Below, piece by piece: positions 51,896-64,000 of a stretch of 64,000 bases of DNA (positions are counted from its first letter, which is position 1; each line of letters opens with the position of its first letter). Source of the stretch: Octopus vulgaris (Eukaryota); assembly GCA_951406725.2 (NCBI GenBank), contig OX597818.1, positions 124,186,001-124,250,000 of the forward strand, read 5' to 3'. Below the pieces are notes generated by a model. It was not told where the DNA came from, did not search any database, and saw nothing but the letters and a program-made list of their open reading frames with translations. Both the position numbers and the translations under genes were made by a program.

Positions 51896-53055
51896 AATAA
51901 CAACAACAACTCCAACACTGTCACTATCTCCACGACCATGACAACGACGACGACGACGACCACCACCACCACCACCACCACCACCCCACCACCGCCACCA
52001 CAAGCACCACCATCGCCACCATTGTAATGGCAAGTCTTTTCGTAGCTCTGTACTTAACAGATCATTGATTGGTCGCGAGCAAAGTCGCTGAGGGCGAGTA
52101 GGATGAGAGAGAGGAGGAACCACTTAAAATTTCTCGGCGTTTGAAAGGCTTTACGATATATGATCGTGTAGTGGGAGAGAGATCTTGGAAATCCTTTATC
52201 AATCAAGGAATATACAACGACAGCTTTGTAAGAGTTTCAAAATTAGACAATCATTAGGATAATTTAATGAAAATGACGTCAAGATTCAGAGACTCTTATC
52301 TACAAAGTGAAATACTTACAGTGCGTTACGAAACAGGGAGCAATTAACTGAGCAGAGCTTGTTTATTATGAGATCATAAATTCCAACAGCAGCAATCGCT
52401 CACGTGGGTACCGAACACATGATGGGAGATGGTGGATTTTGTTTGTAATATTTAAGTTGCGAATTGTGGGCAGTAAAGAAATAGGTACTTATTTTATCGA
52501 CCCCGAAGGAATGAAAGGCAAAGTCGACCCCGGCGGTATTTGAACCTAGAACGTAAAGACGGACGAAATGTTGTTGAGCATTTTTCCCGGTGTGCTAACG
52601 ATTCTACCAGATCGTCGCTTCTGGTTTTAAATTTTGGCACAAGGCCAGCAATATACGAGGAGACGATAACGATTCTACCAGATCGCTACCTTAAATCGTA
52701 GATTAAATATTGGTTTTAAATGTTGGCACAATTTGGGGGAAGGAGGTAAGTCGATTACATCTGCTCATTCTCTGCAATATTACTGCAGTAAAGACTTTGT
52801 AGATTGTTGGGAGACATGTTATTGGTATGTCATTTTGTGGGTTTGCCGTTTCAGTGGATCTTCCCTTCTGTGAGCCATTCAGACATTGTCTCTGGCTTTG
52901 CTAGTATTTCGTTACATTTCTCAGCCAGCTTTTTATGTTCCTGTTAGTTAATTTAACCAGAAGTCGAGGGATCTTGTCGTGCCCGGGTGCCTTCCAGTTG
53001 ATCAGTTTTGCAGTGCCTGGGGGATCTCTTCAGTTGTTATAGGGGTCTAGAGTGG

Positions 53056-53093
<38 letters not shown>

Positions 53094-53127
53094 CTTCTTC
53101 TTCTTCTTCTTCTTCTTCTTATTCTTC

Positions 53128-53189
<62 letters not shown>

Positions 53190-53239
53190 TACTTTTAACC
53201 TGCATGTTTGTTACAATCACTCGCCGAGACACACTTAGC

Positions 53240-54105
53240 ATCCTAGGTCGAGTGAAGGATAAGAGATGTTACAGTATGACTGAAAGCTTGGGGAGAGCAA
53301 GTGGCAGTAGCGAAATATCTTCATGTAAGACAACATTTAAATTGATAGAGTTTTTCTAAGGATGTGGGCAGTTCTTGTCAGCACAGTCTTTTGGATTTGT
53401 CTGAGACATGGTTCTCCTGAAATATCATCTAAATGTTTCTGACATTACTTTCTTATCCTACCAAGGACACCCACAATAACAGGAACAGTTCTTGCTTTAA
53501 GATGCCACTTCCTTTGTATTTCAATTTCCAGGTCTTTATATTTACTTAATTTGTCAAATTCCTTTACAGATATATTTTTATCAGTGGGAACACTTACATC
53601 TATTAGTCTAGTATTTTCTTCTCCGTCTTTAATGACTATGTCTGGTCGATTAGCCTGGATCGTTCTGTTGGTGTTGACTGGAAAATCTCAGAGGATAGTG
53701 ACATTTTTACCTTCAACGACTGGCTCAGGCTGATGTTCAGGAGTGCTGGTTTTGTAAATACTGTCATGGCGATTTTTGTATTCGTTTGGTGTCAGCATAG
53801 GACATTCCGAGACGAAATGGTATATTGTTTCAACGAATTTATTGCAGAATTTTCATTAAGGGTCAGAACCGTTTTGAAGACTGTTAGCCTGGTAGTTTTT
53901 AGTAAGCAAGCTTTGATCTTGTGCCGCCAATATGAAACTTCCAGTCTCTGCTTTCTGTCCTGAGCTTCTAAGCTACTGATAGGTTGTTGCTTGGTCTACA
54001 TCAGCATTTAGGCTTCGAAGTATGTAGTGTCCACGCAGAGGATTCTGGCTCCACTGCTCATCAATTTGTTTCTGCTTTTTTTTCTTGTTACAGTCTGTTT
54101 GATCC
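53240..54105 (-). mobile_element. R4/Dong-type LINE 3' remnant between (TAA)n tracts
   Basis: Minus-strand QDQSLLTKNYQANS, DFPVNTNRTIQANRPDIVIK, LIDVSVPTDKNISVKEFDKLSKYKDLEIEI and QIQKTVLTRTAHILRKTLSI*. Confidence 0.88.
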
Positions 54106-54113
54106 ATTATTAC

Positions 54114-54210
<97 letters not shown>

Positions 54211-54211
<1 letters not shown>

Positions 54212-54607
54212 AGGCGGCGAGCTGGCAGAAACGTTAGCACGCCGGGTGAACTGCTTCGCAGTATTTTGTCTGCCGTTACGTTCTGAGTTCAAATTCCGCC
54301 GAGGTCGACTTTGCCTTTCATCCTTTCGGGGTCGATTAAATAAGTACCAGTTACGCACTGGAGTCGATATAATCGACTTAATCCGTTTGTCTGTCCTTGT
54401 TTGTCCTTTCTATATTTAGCCCCTTGTGGGTAGTAAAGAAATAGGTATTTCGTCCGTCTTCACGTTCAGAGTTCAAATTCTACCGTGTCGACTTTGCCTT
54501 TCATCCTTTCGCGGTCGATAAATTAAGCACTTGTTAATTTCTCGGTTTGCTGTAATTAACTTAACCTCTCCCCCAAAATTTCAGGCCTTTTACCTATAGC
54601 AGAAAAG

Positions 54608-54610
<3 letters not shown>
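54211..54610 (+). mobile_element. SINE family C plus a second headless body
   Basis: Junction AAATAGGTATTTCGTCC at about 54445. Confidence 0.88.
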
Positions 54611-55274
<664 letters not shown>

Positions 55275-55519
55275 CGCTGTTGTTGTTATTGATTGATTGG
55301 TCGCGTCACTCTCCGAAGATGCGAACTCTAACAAATTTAAACTACATGAAATGATTTATTTTCGATTTAGTTTCATGCATATTTGATCATTTGGAAGTGT
55401 TCCCATACACGGTCAAACGAAACGCAAAAATGTCTAGTTTTAGACCAATTTTATTTTCCCTTTATTCTGTATATGTGCGGAGCGTAATTCCAAAGAATTT
55501 AAAAACAAATACACAACAC

Positions 55520-55857
55520 ATATACATACACATACATACATACATACATACATACATACATACATACATACATACATACATACATGCATACATACATACA
55601 TACATACATACATACATACATACATACAAACATACATACATACACACACACATACATACATACATACATACATACATACATACATACATACATACATACA
55701 TACATTCATACATACATACATACATATATACATACATACATACATACATACATACATAAATACATACATACATACATACATACATACATACATACATACA
55801 TTCATACATACATACATACATACATACATACATACATACATACATACATACACACAT

Positions 55858-55946
<89 letters not shown>
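55520..55946. repeat. (CATA)n/(CA)n microsatellite
   Basis: Direct reading. Confidence 0.95.
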
Positions 55947-56083
55947 TGAAAAACTAATATAATTTTGCATGCATTTCGGGGAAAAGAAAAATATTGACAT
56001 TTCTGTGGAAAATAATACTGTTCAGAGCAATTCTAGCGATACTTTTGGCAATAAACAGCAACGCCATAAACCATAATGTCACG

Positions 56084-56144
<61 letters not shown>

Positions 56145-56476
56145 ACATACACACACACACACACAGGCCTTGCCGAGCGAAAATAATTCTATCAATTGAT
56201 TGCAATTTGAGAGGCGGATCAAGTTTCGTCTTTTGCAGATACAATTTTCAACATTCGGACTTGATATATACACAGTTTAAGCAAAAAATAAGAAAGAAAT
56301 AAAAAAGACTGCATGGCAATATTATGTTACAAATACAAGTGTTACTCACATAGGTACGAGAAAGAATGAATATAATCTGTCTGCGCAATGCCAAAACCAC
56401 AGGGAATTTTCTAGTGCACTCCAAAAACAGTGGAACAACTCTCGTCGTTATATGGACGAGAGGGCGTATGTCATGG

Positions 56477-56707
56477 TCGAGCTGGCAGAATCGTTAGCAC
56501 GCCGGGTGAAATGCTTAGCAGTATTTCGTCTGCCGCTACGTTCTGAGTTCAAATTCCGTCGAGGTCGACTTTGCCTTTCATCCTTTCGGGGTCGATTAAA
56601 TAAGTACCAGTTACGCACTGGGGTCGATGTAATCGACTTAATCCGTTTGTTTGTCCTTGTTTGCCCTCCCTGTGTTTAGCTCCTTGTGGGTAGTAAAGAA
56701 ATAGGTA
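56477..56707 (+). mobile_element. SINE family C
   Basis: Aligns with the family. Confidence 0.92.
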
Positions 56708-57433
56708 TACATTGTTTTATCTTTTCAAAACTGAGAATGCGACAAAGGGACAAGCTTGGTAAGAGTGTCACACAACTTCCCATCGACTCATTTCACAATA
56801 TTTAGTATGTAAAAATGACCATTGACAACGTTGACCCCCAAGGTTGCAGTTAGTTTAGTAGCGGAATATGGACGAGTGTTCAGCACTGGCATGACTTTGG
56901 GCAATATGTCGTCTGTGGTGGAGGGAACCTAAATGATCATTCATACCTTCACGAACTACAAGACTACAAAGTGACCCTATAGGTGTACCTTGTAGTGGGG
57001 TGCTAATAGAAAAGCTTTGAAACTGCAAGGATGCTTTAGTTGATTAAATTGACCCCAGGTACTTAAGTGGTTATTTTATTTTATCGAGTTCAGAAGAATG
57101 AAACACAAACTGAACTCCGTAGTGCTGTGATTTCTATCATAGGTTCAAGTTCACAAATCTGGTGGATCGATGACCCCAGAACTTGTTATATGTAATGGAT
57201 CCCAGGAGGGATGCAATGTAAACTTGAGCTAAGCGTGATTCGAGACAAGAAAGTAAAGGATTGCAAGTAAATAACACAACACACTTTTGTTCATCTCTCT
57301 GCCTATTCTGCTACACGAACCCACTCTGTCCCCTAACTTTATTGATTGCTGACATATTTCATAGATCCGCACACATCAGAGGGGAATAGTTGCAATTAAC
57401 CTCAGTATGTCACTGGTACTTATTTTATCGTGT

Positions 57434-57816
57434 GGAGGCGCAATGGCCAAGTGGTTAGGGCAGCGGACTCGCGGTCATAGGATCGCGGTTTCGATTCCAA
57501 GACCGGGCGTTGTGAGTGTTTATTGAGCGAAAACACCTAAAGCTCCACGAGGCTCCGGCAGGGGATGGTGGTGATCCCTGCTGTACTCTTTCACCACAAC
57601 TTTCTCTCACTCTTACTTCCTGTTTCTGTTGTACCTGTATTTCAAAGGGCCGGCCTTGTCACTCTCTGTGTCACGCTGAATATCCCCGAGAACTACGTTA
57701 TGGGTACACGTGTCTGTGGAGTGCTCAGCCACTTACACGTTAATTTCACGAGCAGGCTGTTCCGTTGATTCGGATCAACCGGAACCCTCGTCGTCGTAAC
57801 TGACGGAGTGCTTCCA
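57434..57816 (+). mobile_element. SINE family A
   Basis: TSD ACTTATTTTATC at 57418-57429 and 57817-57828; inserted into an old minus-strand family C-type copy. Confidence 0.95.
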
Positions 57817-58018
57817 ACTTATTTTATCCACTCTGGAAACAAGAACGACGAAGTTAATCTTCAGCAGAATTCGAACTCAGAATATAAAAGGAAATTACTA
57901 AACTACTGTAAGTGTTGTATGAGATGTTCTACCGTTTCTGGTGTCCACAGCCTTCATAGTTACAGTTCCATCTCCTTCAAAAAGTGTCCTTATAATCATT
58001 TAGACAATATGTATATAT

Positions 58019-58085
<67 letters not shown>

Positions 58086-58387
58086 TGTATGTATGTATGT
58101 ATGTATGTATGTATGTATGTATGTATTTTTGTATTCAGGGTAAAAAGCTAAAGCAAGCAGAATGAGTAGACTGCTACAGAGAGGTATTTGTGTCATGAAC
58201 TTTGCCAGGATCTGGTAAAAATTTACAGACCTATTCTCAGGAAACTTTTCGGGGTCTAACTTACTTCATACAACCAAATGTATTCAGATTTCTCCTTGCT
58301 TGGTAATAAACGTATTAGGGAGGTATGCTGGCAACATCGTTAGGACATCATATTTTCTCCTGGCTCTTTATTTTCGGCGTTTAATCG

Positions 58388-58630
58388 ACTCTTTTACTCT
58401 TTTACTTGTTTCAGTCATTTGACTGCGGCCATGCTGGAGCACCGCCTTTAGTCGGGCAAATCGATCCCGGGACTTATTCTTTGTAAGCCCAGTACTTATT
58501 CTATCGGTCTCTTTTGCCGAACCGCTAGGTGACGGCGACGTAAACACACCAGCATCGGTTGTCAAGCAATGCTAGGGGGACAAACACAGACACACAAACA
58601 CATACACACACACACACACATATATATATA
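58388..58630 (-). mobile_element. SINE family B, 3' half
   Basis: Reverse-complement alignment. Confidence 0.9.
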
Positions 58631-58703
58631 AAGTCATATTGCGCTACTAAACTAACTCCAACCTTGGAGGTCAACGTTTACATCAGAAGGTAAATACAGA
58701 CAA

Positions 58704-59105
58704 AATACCTATTTCTTTACTACCCACCAGGGGCTTAAACACAGAGTAGACAAACAAGGACAGACAAACGGATTAAGTCGATTATATCGACTCCAGTGCG
58801 TAGCTGGTACTTATTTAATCGACCCCGAAAGGATGAAAGACAATGACGACCTCGGCGGAATTTGAACTCAGAATGTAACGACAGACGAAATACCTATTTC
58901 TTTACTACACACAAGGGGCTAAACACAGAGGGGACAAACAAGGACAGACAAACGGATTAAGTCGATTATATCGACTCCAGTGCGTAACTGGTACTTATTT
59001 AATCGACCCCGAAAGGATGAAAGGCAGAATTCGAACTCAGAACGTAACGGCAGACGAAATACCGCAAAGTATTTCGCCCGGCGTGCTAACGTTTCTGCCA
59101 GCACG
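58704..59105 (-). mobile_element. SINE family C dimer
   Basis: Two tandem bodies; junction GACGAAATACCTATTTC at about 58890. Confidence 0.9.
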
Positions 59106-59312
59106 CTTCCTTGTGCAATGGCCTAGAATGGTACCGCTGGACTCCCAACATCAGTCTAACCGTGAGTTTTCGATCAGAGGTGAAGTAACACAGTGGTTGG
59201 TGTACGCTACAATTACATTAATGTTATTTTTAGTGCTTTATACCATTGAATTGCTTAGATTGTTAGAGTATGACATCGTTCGTGCGTTTGTACTGGTTTT
59301 ATATTTAAGGTC

Positions 59313-59380
59313 TTAGGGTTAGGGTTTTAGAGTTAGGGTTTCAGGGTTAGGGCTAGGATTTTAGGGTTAGGGTTAGGGTT
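59313..59380 (+). repeat. Degenerate interstitial (TTAGGG)n tract
   Basis: About 10 TTAGGG-like units. Confidence 0.85.
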
Positions 59381-60077
59381 GTCATAAATAATAATGACAA
59401 ACGAAAAATACACCGTTGGCAGTTCTTGTGGACAAACAACGGCAGTAATTTTATTCAGTCATTGTAATTTTATTCAGTCATTTTACACGTCATTGATTGG
59501 TTGAAATTACCGAAATACTACAACTTTAACGTGAAATTACTTCGTAAATATACGTTTTTCTCAAAAATGCCAAGAGTAAAAGATGTTTTATATGACACAT
59601 TCTACCAGTGTCCGATGTTTGAAAGTGTTTAGTCACAAAAAATTATTTGTTAAATCTGTAGGTCAAAAGGTAAAGATCCGAGTATTGGAATGATTGCCTG
59701 ACAGAAATCCCTGAGGTCTAAGATCAAATACTGTCGAAGTCAACTATGACTTTCATCCTTTCGAGATTGAGAAGTATCAATAATGTAATAGAATCGTTTC
59801 TTCTCAAATATTTATTTATTTACTTACTTACTTAGAAGAATTTACTTACTTTAGAAGAATTTGGCTGTGTTCAGAGCTGGCAGGGGACGAGCTCTGCTAC
59901 GTGTAAAAAAAAAAAATATGTCGCCCAAGAGACTCTGCATGTTACGATGGCGCTCCTACGGCTCCATGAGAAGTTGAGGTCGTCAGTTCAAGAAACAATG
60001 AAGCAGCACTGTATGCAAAGCAAAGCAACACTTTAGACATACATAAATACACAAGCGCACACATACACAAACACACA

Positions 60078-60109
<32 letters not shown>

Positions 60110-60144
60110 AAAAGCTTACCCGTATTAAAAAGGATAACCCAATA

Positions 60145-60222
60145 GAAGAAGATAAAGAAGGAGGAGGAGAAGGGAGGAGAAGAAGAAGAAGAAGAAGAAT
60201 AAGAAGAAAAAGAAGAGGAAGA

Positions 60223-60305
<83 letters not shown>

Positions 60306-60576
60306 GAGGAGGAGGAGGAGGAGAAGGAGGAGAAGGAGGAGGAGGAGGAGGAGGAGAAGAAGAAGAAGAAGAAGAAGAAGAAGAAGGAGGAGAAGAAGAA
60401 GAAGAAGGAGAGGAAGAAGGAGGAGGAGGAGAAGAAGAAGAAGAAGGAGGAGGAGGAGGAGGAGAAGAAGAAGAAGAAGGAGGAGGAGGAGGAGGAGGAG
60501 GAGGAGGAGGAGAAGAAGAAGAAGAAGAAGAAGAAGAAGAAGAAGAAGAAGAAGAAGAAGAAGAAGAAGAAGAAGA
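60145..60576. repeat. (GAA)/(GGA) polypurine tract
   Basis: Direct reading. Confidence 0.95.
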
Positions 60577-61330
60577 TAAAACGTAGGGAAATGTATATTG
60601 ATTCTAACAAACATTTCTGGAGATTAAATACCATTTCTATTTCGTCTATATTTACTAATTGAATGAAAAGCTAAATTTCAGTTTGAGGTTAGCGAAAATA
60701 CATTTGTAATTTCCCTTCCGTTTATCCGAGTTCACAGACCCCTGGAATATATCCAGATGAAGAATAGCTGCTTTACAATATTTTAGTTACACTCATCTAC
60801 GTTCTCGTTCCAAATCGATTTTGCTCGTAACCACTTGTGTCTGCTCAATAAAATAAGAATGAGACTATGGTCGATGGAATCGGCTATATTCTACCATTCT
60901 AAATTGACCTTATAAGTATACTGTTGGATCCAACACTCCACCTTTTACACAATTTAACTTATGGCTGGGGCAAGAGCGCATGGCTTGCATGCATACGTAG
61001 TAACGAAAGAGATTTTTACTTATCCATTTTTTTAAAGTGTAGAGTGGAATTTTCTTTGTTTTCTTCCGGGAACAAGTTTTTTTCTGGGAACAATTTGATT
61101 TTAAAAGGTTCAAGCAGAGCCATGTGGTTAAAATATTCGTTTACAAATAATGCGGCTCTGGTTTAAAAAACAAATAATTACTTTGTTTCGTTATATCATG
61201 AGCAAATGTCCGGCATGCTAATATTTCTACCAGCACACCGCTTTCATGAAAACGAAAGTAATATGATGATGATGATGATGATGATGATGATAATGATGAT
61301 GATGATGATGATAATAATAATAATAATAAC

Positions 61331-61386
<56 letters not shown>

Positions 61387-61415
61387 TAATAATAATGATA
61401 ATAATAATGATGATG

Positions 61416-61482
<67 letters not shown>

Positions 61483-62060
61483 CAATAATAATTTCAAAGT
61501 TTGGCACAAGGCCAGCAAGTTCGTGGGTGGGGATATGTTGATTACATCAACACCAGAGCTTAACTAGTACTTATTTTATCGGCACCGAAAGGATGAAAAA
61601 CTTAGTCGATCTCGGCGGAATTTGAACTCAGAACGTAAGGAAGGACGGGATGCCGCTCAGCATTTTTTCCGGTGTGCTAACGATTCAACGAGCTCGCCGC
61701 ATTGTAGTGCTTTTGTATTGATATTTAAAATTAGGGAAGTTTTTGTATGTCTTGGTACTTTTCCATGGAACGTTTGGTACTATCACGAAATATCTGTTGG
61801 CAGCCAGGCATTAGATTAGCTCCAAATTAATATCAAACTGCCGTTAGGGTGTATGTGTAAGCGGTATTAAGAAATGTAAATGCGTTACGTGTTTGGCCTT
61901 GGGTCGCCGTCTCTAAATAGTCACATTTTATAGAGGTAAACATACAATCATTCTGAAATCCGAAAATATCCACTACCCAAACCTGAAACACTTCTAGTCC
62001 CAAGCTCTTCGGATCCGAATAAAGGATTATCAATTGCATTTATAGTTTACACAGTTTTTC

Positions 62061-62285
62061 AATACCTATTTCTTTATTACCTACAAGGGGCTAAACAAGG
62101 ACAGACATAGGTATTAAGTCGATTACATCGACCCCAGTGCGAAACTGGTACTTTATTTATCGACCCCGAAAGGATGAAAGGCAAAGTCGACCTCGGCGGA
62201 ATTTGAACTCACAACGTAACGCAGACGAAATACCGCTAAGCATTTCGCCCGGCGTGCTAACGTTTCTGCCAGCTCGTTGCCTTAA
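62061..62285 (-). mobile_element. SINE family C
   Basis: Reverse-complement alignment; head-to-head with the next copy. Confidence 0.9.
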
Positions 62286-62313
62286 ATGTTATTCTGTTAT
62301 ATGTTCAAGTGTT

Positions 62314-62730
62314 AAGGCGGCGAGCTGGCAGAAACGTTAACACGCCGGGCGAAATGCTTAGCAGTATTTCGTCTGCCGTTACGTTCTGAGTTCAAATTCT
62401 TCCGAGGTCGACTTTGCCTTTCGTCCTTTCGGGGTCGATAAATAAAGTACCAGTTTCGCACTGGGGTCGATGTAATCGACTTAATCCGTTTGTCTGTCCT
62501 TGTTTGTCCCCTCTATGTTTAGCCCCTTGTGGGCAATAAAGAAATAGGTATTTCGTCTGCCGTTACGTTCTGAGTTCAAATTCTTCCGAGGTCGACTTTG
62601 CCTTTCGTCCTTTCGGGGTCGATAAATAAAGTACCAGTTTCGCACTGGGGTCGATGTAATCGACTTAATCCCTTTGTCTGTCCTTGTTTGTCTCCTCTAT
62701 GTTTAGCCACTTGTGGGCAGTAAAGAAATA
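62314..62730 (+). mobile_element. SINE family C dimer inside one TSD
   Basis: 184-bp period (62364 and 62548); TSD TATATG(T/C)TCAAGTGT at 62298-62312 and 62731-62745. Confidence 0.92.
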
Positions 62731-63099
62731 TATATGCTCAAGTGTCACGGTAAACTATGAAAGGCAATCGAAGATATAATCGAGTATCACACCTTAAACA
62801 GCTTGAAGTACGGAATGCAATTGAAGATATAATCATTTCAGAATGATAGGTGCAGACATGGGTGTGTGGTCCGTAACTATGTGGTTTCGGGTTCTGTCTG
62901 AGGGCGCAGCACTTTGTGCAGTTACCTTCTACTATAGTCCCGGACCAACCAGTGCGGAGTAAATTAATCTGGGAGAGGAAAATTGTCTGGAAGCTCGCCG
63001 TGTGTGTGTTTGTGTGTGTGTATGTGTGTGTGTGAGTGTGCGTGTGTATGTATGCATATATATGTGTGTGTGTATATGTATGTATATAAATATATATAT

Positions 63100-63489
63100 A
63101 CTCTTTACTCTTTTACTTGTTTCAGTCATTTGATTGCGGCCATGCTGGAGCACCGCCTTTAATCGAGCAACTCGACCCCGTAAGCCCAGTACTTATTCTA
63201 TCGGTCTCTTTTGCCGAACCGCTAAGTGACGGGGACGTAAACACACCAGCATCGGTTGTCAAGCAATGCTAGGGGGACAAACACAGGCACACACACACAC
63301 ATACATACATATATATACATATATACGACAGGCTTCTTTCAGTTTCCGTCTACCAAATCCACTCACAAGGCATTGGTCGGCCCGGGACTATAGCAGAAGA
63401 CACTTACCCAAGATGCCACGTAGTGGGATTGAACCCGGAACCATGTGGTTGGTTAGCAAGCTATTTACCACACAGCCACTCCTGCGCCT
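63100..63489 (-). mobile_element. SINE family B
   Basis: Reverse-complement alignment. Confidence 0.93.
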
Positions 63490-63499
63490 TGAACATATA

Positions 63500-64000
63500 T
63501 ATAATATTAATAATAAAAGGGTAAAATTAATTAATTAATCAGTCAATTAATTAATTAATAATTAATAATTTTACCAAGTAGATCGGTACGAAAGAATAAA
63601 CTTTTTTAGGTAAAAATTATACAAATATTCTATAATTATAAACATAATTATAATTAAGGGTCAGCTAATTGCTTCACCACTCTCCGAATTTAGGAACAGG
63701 AGTTAAAATTCTTTTTCTGCATATATTTTTGGAAGTGTTGGATGGATGGATAACAGTTATGCAACGGCGCTCGATCGCGTACATATTTAATCATAGCACT
63801 CTTAAATTTATATTTGAAATTCTGCATTGAAGATGTGAAATAAGTAAATATAACTTTACTTTAATCTCGAAACGCGTATGTAGCTAATCTGAGTCGCGTG
63901 GATTCGCTATTTTTTTTTTTTTTTGCCTGCTTAAAAAAGTGTTTTACTATCTGGGAGATCTTTACGGTAGCAGAAAAGGAATTTTAACTCCTATTTCTAA
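63500..64000. mobile_element. Probable hammerhead-bearing fold-back element, running off the window edge
   Basis: 63690-63720 is the reverse complement of 63970-64000 (28/31 matches). An HHR-like motif lies in the spacer, and the element starts at a TA run. Confidence 0.6.
63822..63883 (+). ncRNA. Decayed type I hammerhead (C3U)
   Basis: CTGCA-TTGAAGA-T-GTGA-aat-AAGTAAA-tataac-TTTACTT-taa-TCTC-GAAA-CGCG-TA^-TGTAG: 5-bp stem I and palindromic ACGCGU stem III. Confidence 0.62.

Noticed and set aside
52140-52450. Possible RT-domain remnant continuing the RTE fragment
   Set aside because: Only faint motif traces; not supportable by eye.
59313-59380. True telomere or chromosome-fusion site
   Set aside because: The tract is short, degenerate and in a single orientation.

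Overview
AT-rich, microsatellite-saturated eukaryotic non-coding DNA. The repeat content most resembles a cephalopod (Octopus-like) genome; this is an inference and not database-checked. No intact host protein-coding exon can be supported, and nearly all listed ORFs are microsatellite or SINE artefacts. The window is a mosaic of at least four tRNA-derived SINE families (dozens of copies), decayed LINEs (R4/Dong-type, HERO-type, CR1/L2-type, RTE-type), mariner and Tigger/pogo remnants, a Helentron-associated-type element, a U6 snRNA pseudogene and a ~100-bp minisatellite. The most notable signal is about a dozen type-I hammerhead ribozyme (HHR) motifs of several unrelated sequence families. Most have a palindromic stem III, and they lie in non-coding elements inserted in (TA)n tracts, often arranged as fold-backs (Penelope-like pseudo-LTR architecture). 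The best case is a ~1-kb fold-back at 43335-44361 carrying two identical, intact hammerheads, one on each strand.
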